Assembly (NCBI GenBank): GCA_016207165.1
Contig: JACQQD010000007.1
Span: 1-35,268, forward strand
Direction of reading: 5' to 3'
DNA length: 35,268 bases
Source of the DNA: Candidatus Micrarchaeota archaeon
GTDB taxonomy: Archaea; Micrarchaeota; Micrarchaeia; Norongarragalinales; Norongarragalinaceae
Below the pieces are notes generated by a model, which worked only from the letters and a program-made list of their open reading frames with translations, ran no database searches and was not told where the DNA came from. Positions 8,906 through 16,881 of this stretch are shown here, in pieces; position 1 is the first letter of the stretch, and every line of letters begins with the position of its first letter. The position numbers were made by a program, and so were the translations under genes.

Positions 8906-9037
8906 CCGGAAGCAAAAAAGCGCGTTGTCGCTTGATTTCTAGCTAATGGCGTGGCTAATTAAATGGTTTCGGTTGGTTTGACGGTTTGTCAACTGAAAAG
9001 CATTATTTAATCCGGACGTCCCTTAACGGCTACTCCC

Positions 9038-10231
9038 ATGGTGGAATTCAAAGACGTGTTGGCTTCCAGGCAGACCGTGTTTGCCTACAAGCAAGCCTTG
9101 TCTCCTCACTTCGTGCCGGAAACCCTTCCGTATAGGGAACTGGAACTGCGGCGAATGATGGAAGCCATTGCGCCGGTGTTGGAGGGCCAGAAAGCCAAGA
9201 ACCTGTTTTTGTACGGCAAAACCGGCACCGGCAAATCGTCGTGCACGCGCTACGTCATCCAGAAATTGGACGCCGAGCAAAAGCCGTCGGTCAAGGCGTT
9301 GTACATGAATTGCCGCGTGTACGACTCGCGATACAAAGTCCTCCAAAAAGTCATCCACCACTTCCACCCGGACTTCGCCAAGACGGGGTACTCGTTTGCC
9401 GTTCTGTACGAAAAACTCTTGGATTGGGTCGAGGAGGAAGCCAGGCAGTTGGTTGTGGCGTTGGACGAGATCGACATGGTCAAGGACTTGGACAACCTGG
9501 TCTATACCTTGACGCGGGCCAACGACGACTTGCGTTCCGGAAGCATTTCGCTTATTGGCGTGTCCAACAAAGTGGACTTCAAACACCGCCTGGACGCCCG
9601 GTCGCGCTCCTCCTTGTGCGAAGAAGAACTCGTATTTCAGCCCTACAACGCGGAACAGCTCACCGGCATTCTCAAGAAACGCGGGGCGCAGGCCTTCAAG
9701 GAAGGCGTTTTGAAGGAAAGCGCCGTCAACCTGGCCGCCGCCATTGCCGCGTCCGAAAACGGCGACGCGCGGTACGCGCTTTTGCTGTTGCTTCGCGCCG
9801 GCGAGCTTTGCGACGAAAAGAAAAAAGCCGACGTGTTGGACGTGGACGTGGAGGCTTCCCGAAAGGCGGCGGAAGAGGAAAAAGCGTTTGAAGTCATTGG
9901 CACCCTCCCCGAACACCAGCAATTGTTGTTGTACGGCTTGGCCACCCTGGCCAGCGATGTGACGTACAAGCGGTTGGTCGAGGAGGACGGCGACAAACTC
10001 TACTTTTCCGGGGAAGTCTACGAACGCTATGCCGCCACGGTAAAGAAACTCGGCAAAAAACCGCGAACGAGCCGCTGGTACCGGGAATACTTGAAGGAAC
10101 TGGATAATTTGGGGCTGATTAACACCGTCCAAAGCGGGAAAGGCGTTCGCGGCCACACCACCTTGATTCGGTTGTCGTATGAGCCGGAGCGCGTCAAACA
10201 AGTCATCGAGCAAAAGGTCCTCGGCGAATAA
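9038..10231 (+). CDS. cdc6: Orc1/Cdc6 replication initiation protein
   Basis: Walker A GKTGTGKS, Walker B LDEID, FQPYNAEQL, GDARYA sensor region, C-terminal winged helix (ELDNLGLI...GVRGHT). Confidence 0.95.
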   Translation: MVEFKDVLASRQTVFAYKQALSPHFVPETLPYRELELRRMMEAIAPVLEGQKAKNLFLYGKTGTGKSSCTRYVIQKLDAEQKPSVKALYMNCRVYDSRYKVLQKVIHHFHPDFAKTGYSFAVLYEKLLDWVEEEARQLVVALDEIDMVKDLDNLVYTLTRANDDLRSGSISLIGVSNKVDFKHRLDARSRSSLCEEELVFQPYNAEQLTGILKKRGAQAFKEGVLKESAVNLAAAIAASENGDARYALLLLLRAGELCDEKKKADVLDVDVEASRKAAEEEKAFEVIGTLPEHQQLLLYGLATLASDVTYKRLVEEDGDKLYFSGEVYERYAATVKKLGKKPRTSRWYREYLKELDNLGLINTVQSGKGVRGHTTLIRLSYEPERVKQVIEQKVLGE

Positions 10232-10373
10232 ACTCCGTCAATTGACGTAAGCCTGCGTCGGTTAAAAGCGGCCGTCTTTGAGTTCTTTGTGTTAAACCCA
10301 TTTCCAGGGAGCCACCGGCTTTTCTTGCATTTTTTTGCGCCCCATAGCCTCCAGGATGGGATTAGGTGATTGA

Positions 10374-10976
10374 ATGAACGAATGGATTGAAACGTGGAAG
10401 ACTGTTTTGACGAATCCAAAAGACGTCTTTGCCAGCCAGAAAAAGTCGGCGTCCACCATGGCCGGATTGAAGCAATTCGCCATCGCGGGCTTGGTTTCCG
10501 GCATTTTGGCGGCCATCGTCGTCATGTTGACGCCGGCTGGCGCCTTGTTGGGCGTCGTGGGTTCGTTGACGGTCTTGGTCACTACCGTGATTGGCACCGT
10601 GATTGGCTCCCTGATCGGGTACGGCATCTTGTACTTGATCGCCAAGCTCTTGGGCGGAAAAGGCGGATTCGGCGTACACTATTTCCTGCCGTCGCTTTTT
10701 GCCGTGCCCCTCGCGCTGGTCAACGGCCTCATCAGCCTCATTGCCGTCTTCGCGGCGCCGGTGGGTCTGCTTGGCATGCTGGTCAGCTTGTTCATGCTGT
10801 ACTTGCTGACGTTGGCTTTCAAGGAAGCCCACGGCTTTGACACCATGAAAGCCGTTTTGGTGTGGTTGATTCCGGCCCTCCTGGTGGGCATCGTCGTGCT
10901 CGTCGTGGGCGCCGCGCTTTTGGCCACCTTGGGCTTGGGCGGCTTGGGTGCCTTGGGCAGTTTGCCCACCGCGTAA
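10374..10976 (+). CDS. Yip1-family multi-pass membrane protein
   Basis: WKTVLTNPKDVF start, about 5 TM helices, LIAKLLGGKG motif; SD-like AGGTGA upstream. Confidence 0.8.
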   Translation: MNEWIETWKTVLTNPKDVFASQKKSASTMAGLKQFAIAGLVSGILAAIVVMLTPAGALLGVVGSLTVLVTTVIGTVIGSLIGYGILYLIAKLLGGKGGFGVHYFLPSLFAVPLALVNGLISLIAVFAAPVGLLGMLVSLFMLYLLTLAFKEAHGFDTMKAVLVWLIPALLVGIVVLVVGAALLATLGLGGLGALGSLPTA

Positions 10977-10997
10977 GCACCCGGAATGTTTGGGGAA

Positions 10998-11040
10998 CTT
11001 TTTTCCCCTCCCCCTTTTCTTTTTTTTGTTTTCTTTTTTC
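10998..11040 (+). terminator. Oligo-T/pyrimidine tract, putative archaeal terminator
   Basis: Long T/C run just downstream of the Yip1 gene stop. Confidence 0.55.
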
Positions 11041-11141
11041 CCGCGTCCCTTCCGTAATTTGCAGGCCAGGGACAAGCCTTTTATAACCGCCTGGAGCAAT
11101 TAGTCGCAAGCAATTCTTTTGCGAAAGGTGACGTTTGGATT

Positions 11142-11504
11142 ATGGGCATTTTGTCGAAACTGACGCAGTCGTTGGGCATTTCCAGTGATATGAACGTGGA
11201 CGAATTCATGTCCGCCGCGGAAGCGGAAGACGTGGACGTCATGCACCAATCCGCCAAGTTCTACGTCAAGCCCATCGCGCTTCAATCCGACGGCGACGTG
11301 GCCATCGTCCAGGAAGAACTCGCCCACGAAAACCTCGTGTTGTTGAACATCTCGCCGATGGCGAGAAACCCGACGCGCCTGAAGGCCGTCGTCCAGCAAC
11401 TCAAGGAATTCACGCTCAAGCAGAACGGCGACATGGCCCGCATCGACGAAGACAAGATTTTGCTCACGCCCGCGGAAGTCAAAATCGTCAAGCGCCGCCG
11501 ATAA
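11142..11504 (+). CDS. sepF: Archaeal cell division protein SepF
   Basis: YVKPIAL...EELAHENLVLLNISPM...LKEFTLKQNGDMARIDEDKILLTPAEVKI pattern. Confidence 0.85.
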   Translation: MGILSKLTQSLGISSDMNVDEFMSAAEAEDVDVMHQSAKFYVKPIALQSDGDVAIVQEELAHENLVLLNISPMARNPTRLKAVVQQLKEFTLKQNGDMARIDEDKILLTPAEVKIVKRRR

Positions 11505-11520
11505 ACTCGTTGCCGTCCGC

Positions 11521-12051
11521 ATGGAATTGGAGCCGTTTTCCCAACGCGTCGTCGAACTGAAAGCAAAAGGCTTGTTTCACGAACCCAATTTTGAGTTTGC
11601 GCCTTTGGGCCGATTGGAATGGGTGGCGCCCCGCGTGACCGCTTCCAACCTGGGCCGAGCGGTTTCCTTTCACTTGGATGCCACGGAATCCAGGCTCCGC
11701 CGCCAAGGAATCAATCCCTTCGGGCGTAAGGCCGTCGAGGCCCACCCTGAGTTACCCGAAGCATTGATGCGTTCGGACCATTACGAGGAAACGCACTACA
11801 TTCTGCAAAAAGCCAAGGAATTTCTGGACAGCGACCACGGAAAACAGTTTTTGGCCGCTGGAAACCCGCCGTCGCAAGTTTTGTGGAACGCGCAGGAAGG
11901 CATGACGGCCCTCCAACAGCACTTGCGGCAACTTTCCGAACACTTCCCTGATTTTTACTTGGACTTTGCGTCCAACAATTTTTTGTTCCGCGGCTTCAAC
12001 GAAAAGGGTCACCCCATTCTCAGCGTGATTGACCAGGCGCGGCGGATTTGA
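11521..12051 (+). CDS. Hypothetical protein with a possible kinase-like C-terminal motif
   Basis: Co-oriented ORF 16 nt after sepF; ends YLDFASNNFLF...SVIDQ. Confidence 0.6.
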   Translation: MELEPFSQRVVELKAKGLFHEPNFEFAPLGRLEWVAPRVTASNLGRAVSFHLDATESRLRRQGINPFGRKAVEAHPELPEALMRSDHYEETHYILQKAKEFLDSDHGKQFLAAGNPPSQVLWNAQEGMTALQQHLRQLSEHFPDFYLDFASNNFLFRGFNEKGHPILSVIDQARRI

Positions 12052-12113
12052 CGCGCGCGGACTGCAAACAAAATCCAGTGCCTTAAAATACGCGACTGGC
12101 GTCAAACCATTTT

Positions 12114-13133
12114 ATGCTCCTGGATGCCCCTGCCTTCAAGCCCGTGCTCACGCCGGAAGCCGCGCTTTCCATCGTCACCAAAACCGTTCACGGATCGGGC
12201 TGGGACAAGTATACCGTCGCCGACATCAAGTTGGTGTACACGCCTTACTACGTTTTTTCCTTTGACGTGTTGGCTAGCGAAGGCCAGAGCCCGTCCGGAC
12301 AGACGGCGCTCAACGCGCACAACGGGGAACTCAACGACTTCGTGCCCATTTTGTTTGACCGGCCGCTCAAGCAGATCAAGGAAACCGAGCCCAACGCCGA
12401 AGTTGAGCGCGCCTCGATTTCCGCTTCCGAAGCCAAGGAGGCGGCCGCCGCCAAGTTGGCATCGCACGTGGGACTCAAGAAAGACGCCGTCGTCGTTTCG
12501 GCCGTCCGGAAAATGTATGTTCCAACATTCCGGATTTGGCTGGATGTCGCCGGCGACACGCACAAGTTCGAAGTCGACGCTTTGCTTGGAGTGCCGCAAG
12601 GACTGGAGGGGCTTCCGGCTAAACCCGAGACGTTTGACCACTCCCTGCGAAGCACGTTGGACAAGATGAAAAATCCGGCGGGCTGGGTGGACTTGGTCAA
12701 ATCGCTTTTCTCGCCCACCGGCTCACCGTATTCGCGCTACTTGATTCTCGGCGTCATCATTTTGGTTCTCCTCGTCATCGTCGGCAGTCGCCAAGGACTT
12801 TTGGCCTCCGGTGGCGGCGTTGAATGCGGGCTGGATGAGGCGTACCTGGGCGCCAAACCGTTTTTGGTCGGCGAGCGGCCCGTGGCTCCGGCGCTTGGGG
12901 CCAACAACACCGTCTTCGTGCAAGGCACCTGCTTTTTCCAGAACAAGGGCTCAAAACCCGCGAACATGGTGGCCAGAATGACGATCAAGTCAGGACCGAG
13001 AATCGTCGCCGCGGAATCCGTGGCCGTCACGCAACTGCCGGTGTCGGATGTCAAAAGCGAGAAGCCCTTTGAACTGCGGTGGGACGACTCGGAGCCCAGA
13101 GACGTCACCTTCCAGTATGAACGCTTGGTTTGA
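12114..13133 (+). CDS. Hypothetical single-pass membrane protein
   Basis: 339-aa ORF with one central TM helix (YLILGVIILVLLVIVG) and a beta-rich C-terminal region. Confidence 0.75.
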   Translation: MLLDAPAFKPVLTPEAALSIVTKTVHGSGWDKYTVADIKLVYTPYYVFSFDVLASEGQSPSGQTALNAHNGELNDFVPILFDRPLKQIKETEPNAEVERASISASEAKEAAAAKLASHVGLKKDAVVVSAVRKMYVPTFRIWLDVAGDTHKFEVDALLGVPQGLEGLPAKPETFDHSLRSTLDKMKNPAGWVDLVKSLFSPTGSPYSRYLILGVIILVLLVIVGSRQGLLASGGGVECGLDEAYLGAKPFLVGERPVAPALGANNTVFVQGTCFFQNKGSKPANMVARMTIKSGPRIVAAESVAVTQLPVSDVKSEKPFELRWDDSEPRDVTFQYERLV

Positions 13134-13207
13134 CGCGGGGAGATAAAATTCCTTCTTCAGGGCGTCAAAACGCTTTTGGAAACCGATTCTTCCCGAACAA
13201 AAACGGT

Positions 13208-13897
13208 TCAAGCGGCATGCTTTTTTCTCCCGGCTTTCTTTTCCAGCCGGCTTAACGCCGTCAGCAACGCCCGCGCTTCATCGTCGGACACGTGCGCCCG
13301 CTCCAAGACGTTGCGAAACGCCGCCCCCACTTTTTCCTGGTCCTTGACGGACTTGATGTGCGAGACGACGTGTTGCCACGATTCTTGTACGCGTTGGCGG
13401 AGGGCCCGCGACGCGTGTCCGTGTACGGGCGTGAACGGAATTTGCGACAACGCGTACAATACCAAGGCCACGGCGTGCGATAAATTCAGCACCGGGTGTT
13501 CGGGGTTGGCCGGCACATGCACCAGGACGTCGCAGGCGTTGACCTCGGATTCCGTCAAGCCGACGCCTTCGCTTCCAAACACGATGGCGGCTTTTCCGTG
13601 CACGTGGTCTTTAAGTTGGGGTAGCGGAACGCAGGTCTTGAGTTTCCGGTGGAACCGCCGCAGAACGCCGGTGGTCCCGATGACGACATCGCACCCGCGG
13701 ACCGCTTCCTTTAGTGTCCCGGCTGTTTTGGCGTTCCGCAACACTTCCTCGGAGTGCTTGGCGTACATGTACGCCGTCTTGCTTTTCTTTTTGGAACCCA
13801 CGATGCAAAGCTCTGCAAAACCGAAGTTCTTCATCACGCGGCAGACCAATCCCACGTTGGAGGAGTAAATCGGCCGAACCAATACCACGCGGTGCAT
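13208..13897 (-). CDS. trmJ: TrmJ/LasT-family SPOUT RNA methyltransferase
   Basis: VVLVRP...NVGLVCRVMKNFG, IVFGSEGVGL, PVLNLSHAV; true start is the ATG at 13897, not 15208. Confidence 0.9.
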   Translation of the reverse strand: MHRVVLVRPIYSSNVGLVCRVMKNFGFAELCIVGSKKKSKTAYMYAKHSEEVLRNAKTAGTLKEAVRGCDVVIGTTGVLRRFHRKLKTCVPLPQLKDHVHGKAAIVFGSEGVGLTESEVNACDVLVHVPANPEHPVLNLSHAVALVLYALSQIPFTPVHGHASRALRQRVQESWQHVVSHIKSVKDQEKVGAAFRNVLERAHVSDDEARALLTALSRLEKKAGRKKHAA

Positions 13898-13951
13898 GGG
13901 TAGACCAAGAGAACCAATCTTTTTAAGTTCCCGCGCTGCTTCTATCTCGCT

Positions 13952-15211
13952 ATGCGCCGCGCGTTTTGCTTCTGGGTTTTCTTGGCGATGCTTTGGCCCC
14001 AGGCCGCCGCCGTCTCTTCCAACGAGGCCCTGGAAACCTTGGGGGATTGCCTTCGGGAAAGCAACCCGCAACTGAAACCCTTGACGCAACCGTTCTTCTT
14101 GGATAGCGTCGGCTACTGGGCGTTTTATTACCCGTTGGGACACTCCCGGAAAATGGTGGTGGCCGTCGGCCAGGATGACGGCGTCTTGGTTCAGGACCGC
14201 GACCGGTTGGAGCGCTTGTCCGCCGGACTTTACAACCACTTGGTCCTCAAGGACTACGTTGACGCCACCGGCTGGTCCGCCGAGAAACTGGAGGCGACCA
14301 GCGACGCGTCCTTGAACGTGATTGACGACCAGTACAGCAAACTGCAAGTCTTCCAGAACCAAGTCCAGCCCAAGTACCCCGACTTGAACCTGCAATCCGT
14401 GGAATTCACGCTGGACTCTCTTCGGGGCCAAGCCGAGGCATTCCATGCGCAGTTGCAGAATACGGCGTCGGAACAACAGTTCTACGACGGCACGTGGAGC
14501 GCGGAGGGCTCCGGCTTTTTGCTGGATCAATACAACGCCTCCTTTACGGCCATGTTCAAGACCTTTGACGTGTACGACGGGTACACGGCTACCATCACCG
14601 CGGTTCAAACCCAAGTCTACGAGCAAAGCATTCCCGACCCCGACAACAAAAACATCAACACCAATTTGGACAACTTGCGCAATGCGGGGCTGGCCAACGT
14701 GTACGCCAAAGCCAAGGCGGCGGACCCCCGGAAAGCGGTGGCGTCCTATCTTTCCCAGCGCGACCAATGGGTCGAAGACGCCGTTTCGTCGTTTGAATTC
14801 CAGGATCTTTCCTGCCGCGCCAACGCGGCGTACAAGAATGCCTTGACGGAATACCAGCAAATCCAGCGGGGGGAACGCAACATCCAGGCCGCCGGGTTTT
14901 CTTCCGACGTCCAACGCGTCAAGAACGAGTGGGCCAAGTTCGAGACGGCGTACAACCAACGCAACGCCGACGGCTACCAATACGTATTGGACAACGCGCC
15001 ATCGCTTCAAACCTCGATGACGGACTTGCGCGACCGCTACCAGAAAAGCCTGGAGCCAACGCCCCAGCCCGCGCCGAAATCCACGGGCCCGGATGCCTCC
15101 ACGATCCTCATCGTCGTCGTGGTTTTGGCGTTGGCGGCGTACGGCTACAACCAGTACAAAAAACAGAAAGAAGAACAGGACGGCGGCGCCACCGGGGATT
15201 CCGGGCACTAA
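13952..15211 (+). CDS. Exported helical protein with a C-terminal membrane anchor
   Basis: Signal peptide, Q/N-rich helical body, C-terminal TM followed by basic residues. Confidence 0.8.
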   Translation: MRRAFCFWVFLAMLWPQAAAVSSNEALETLGDCLRESNPQLKPLTQPFFLDSVGYWAFYYPLGHSRKMVVAVGQDDGVLVQDRDRLERLSAGLYNHLVLKDYVDATGWSAEKLEATSDASLNVIDDQYSKLQVFQNQVQPKYPDLNLQSVEFTLDSLRGQAEAFHAQLQNTASEQQFYDGTWSAEGSGFLLDQYNASFTAMFKTFDVYDGYTATITAVQTQVYEQSIPDPDNKNINTNLDNLRNAGLANVYAKAKAADPRKAVASYLSQRDQWVEDAVSSFEFQDLSCRANAAYKNALTEYQQIQRGERNIQAAGFSSDVQRVKNEWAKFETAYNQRNADGYQYVLDNAPSLQTSMTDLRDRYQKSLEPTPQPAPKSTGPDASTILIVVVVLALAAYGYNQYKKQKEEQDGGATGDSGH

Positions 15212-15397
15212 ATCAGGGGGCGGCGGAACGGCCCCAATTCGTTTTGGCCAAAATGGGGCCGGAAGTGGTTTTACGTCGTAAAACGGGCAACACGTTTAAA
15301 AACCCAAAGGCCGTTACGCCTTCACGCATTTTCCCCTCGGAAACGTTCTGGGAGAGAAATGACGCAAACCCAACAAACCTACAGGTGGTAGAAAGAA

Positions 15398-15556
15398 ATG
15401 GCTGGAAAAAAACCGTTTGGTGGATACACCATTGACTTCAGCAAAGTCGCCGACTGGCCGATCAGCAAGATGTTCGGCAAGGGCAAGATCACGCCGTCGG
15501 AAATGACGAAGCTCTGCTGGAAGTTCGTCAAGGCCAACAAGCTGTCCTCCAAGTAA
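15398..15556 (+). CDS. Small basic SWIB-like protein (52 aa; not in ORF track)
   Basis: MAGKKPFGGYTIDFSKVADWPISKMFGKGKITPSEMTKLCWKFVKANKLSSK; SD-like AGGTGG upstream, oligo-T tract downstream, codon usage like neighbouring genes. Confidence 0.8.
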   Translation: MAGKKPFGGYTIDFSKVADWPISKMFGKGKITPSEMTKLCWKFVKANKLSSK

Positions 15557-15579
15557 ACGACCCAAATCGCTTTCATTGA

Positions 15580-15612
15580 ATTTTTTTTCTTTTTCTTTTC
15601 TTTTTCGTTTTT
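15580..15612 (+). terminator. Oligo-T tract, putative terminator
   Basis: Near-continuous T runs following the small basic gene. Confidence 0.6.
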
Positions 15613-15613
15613 C

Positions 15614-15705
15614 GGATTGGTTTTGCGTCCGGCGCGGTCCGAGAGAAAGTCACCCGTTCCCCATCCGGCTGCCGCCACCAAGCCGTATCCGATGAACCCA
15701 ATCAT
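15614..15705 (-). pseudogene. Fragment resembling the first helix of an EamA/DMT transporter
   Basis: MIGFIGYGLVAAAGWGTGDFLSDRAGRK then runs into a poly-A tract (the opposite strand's terminator). Confidence 0.5.
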
Positions 15706-15795
15706 TTTGTCCTATTTCGGCCGCAACGTATTTAAGCTTCCGTCGGCTACCTTAAAACCTGATTCTAAAATTCAAGTGATGGGAGAGCGTACAGC

Positions 15796-16881
15796 ATGAA
15801 AAACGCGGTGGGGTTACTGGTCTTTTCGGACGGCTCCTATTTGCAGGGCCAAGGCATTGGCTATCCTCGGACCAGCATCGGCGAACTCGTTTTCAACACC
15901 TCCATGACCGGATACCAGGAAGCCCTCACCGATCCTTCCTACGCAGGCCAGGTCCTGGTTTTTTCCTATCCGCTCATCGGCAACTACGGCATCAGCCCCA
16001 AGGCCTTTGAATCCAGCAAGTCCTGGGTGGAAGGCGTCATCGTCTCGCAGGCCTGCGAAAAACCGCAGCACTACGATTCCGGCACGGATTTGAACGACTT
16101 TCTGCGTGCCCAGCGCGTGCCCGGCATCGCGGGATTGGATACGCGGGCGTTGGTGCAAAAAATCCGCGTGGGAGGCGTCAAACCCGTGGCCTTGGACATC
16201 ATCGATGAGGACTTGGTGGATACGCACGTCAAGCGCCTCCAAAAAAAGGCGTTGGGCTTTGACTACGAAAAAGAGAATTTCGTCGCCCGCGTTTCCCGAA
16301 CGAAAATCCAGTCCTATTCGCCCATGGAACCCAAGCAAGCCGTCGTGCTGGTGGATTGCGGGGCCAAGCAAAGCATCGTGCGCGATTTGTTGCAACGCAA
16401 CTGCCGCGTGCACGTGGTGCCTTACAACGCCTCGGCGTCCAGCATCCTGAAGCTCAAACCCGATGGCGTCATGTTCTCCAACGGCCCCGGTGACCCGGAG
16501 CAGTTGAAGCAAACCGTTTCCGCGTGCAAGGACTTGCTTGGCAAAGTACCGGTGTTCGGCATCTGCCTCGGCCACCAAATTCTGGGTCAAGCCCTTGGTG
16601 CGAAAACCTTCAAACTCAAGTTCGGCCACCGCGGCGCCAACCACGCCGTTCAAGACGTGCGAACCGGGAAGATTTGGATCACCTCGCAAAACCACGGCTA
16701 TGCCGTCCACCAAATTCCCGCGAAAGCCGAAGAATGGCTGAAAAACTGTTTGGACGGCACCAACGAGGGATTGTTGTGCGACAAGTACAACGCTTTCAGC
16801 GTGCAATTCCACCCCGAAGCCAATCCCGGCCCCTACGACGCCAACGCCTTGTTCGACGAATTTTTGGAGCGGATGAGTTGA
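15796..16881 (+). CDS. carA: Carbamoyl-phosphate synthase small subunit
   Basis: GELVFNTSMTGYQEALTDPSYAGQ, SNGPGDP, GICLGHQ, FGHRGANH, QFHPEA. Confidence 0.97.
   Translation: MKNAVGLLVFSDGSYLQGQGIGYPRTSIGELVFNTSMTGYQEALTDPSYAGQVLVFSYPLIGNYGISPKAFESSKSWVEGVIVSQACEKPQHYDSGTDLNDFLRAQRVPGIAGLDTRALVQKIRVGGVKPVALDIIDEDLVDTHVKRLQKKALGFDYEKENFVARVSRTKIQSYSPMEPKQAVVLVDCGAKQSIVRDLLQRNCRVHVVPYNASASSILKLKPDGVMFSNGPGDPEQLKQTVSACKDLLGKVPVFGICLGHQILGQALGAKTFKLKFGHRGANHAVQDVRTGKIWITSQNHGYAVHQIPAKAEEWLKNCLDGTNEGLLCDKYNAFSVQFHPEANPGPYDANALFDEFLERMS

Noticed and set aside
8906-9037. Replication origin (ORB repeats) next to cdc6
   Set aside because: Both flanking intergenic regions are short and I see no repeated ORB-like TCCA-GTGGAAAC/G-string motifs; a single TTTCCAGGGAG near 10301 is insufficient
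13898-15208. 666-aa ORF suggesting a long N-terminal fusion to TrmJ
   Set aside because: The extension is the antisense shadow of the + strand gene 13952-15211; TrmJ homology starts at the Met at 13897
15230-15284. Two palindromes (GGCCCCA...TGGGGCC and GTTTTACG-T-CGTAAAAC) upstream of the SWIB-like gene promoter
   Set aside because: Could be a terminator or operator, but they are single-copy with no further support
15379-15705. 108-aa minus-strand ORF as an intact gene
   Set aside because: After about 30 codons it reads through a poly-A tract and antisense to the SWIB-like gene; treated as a fragment
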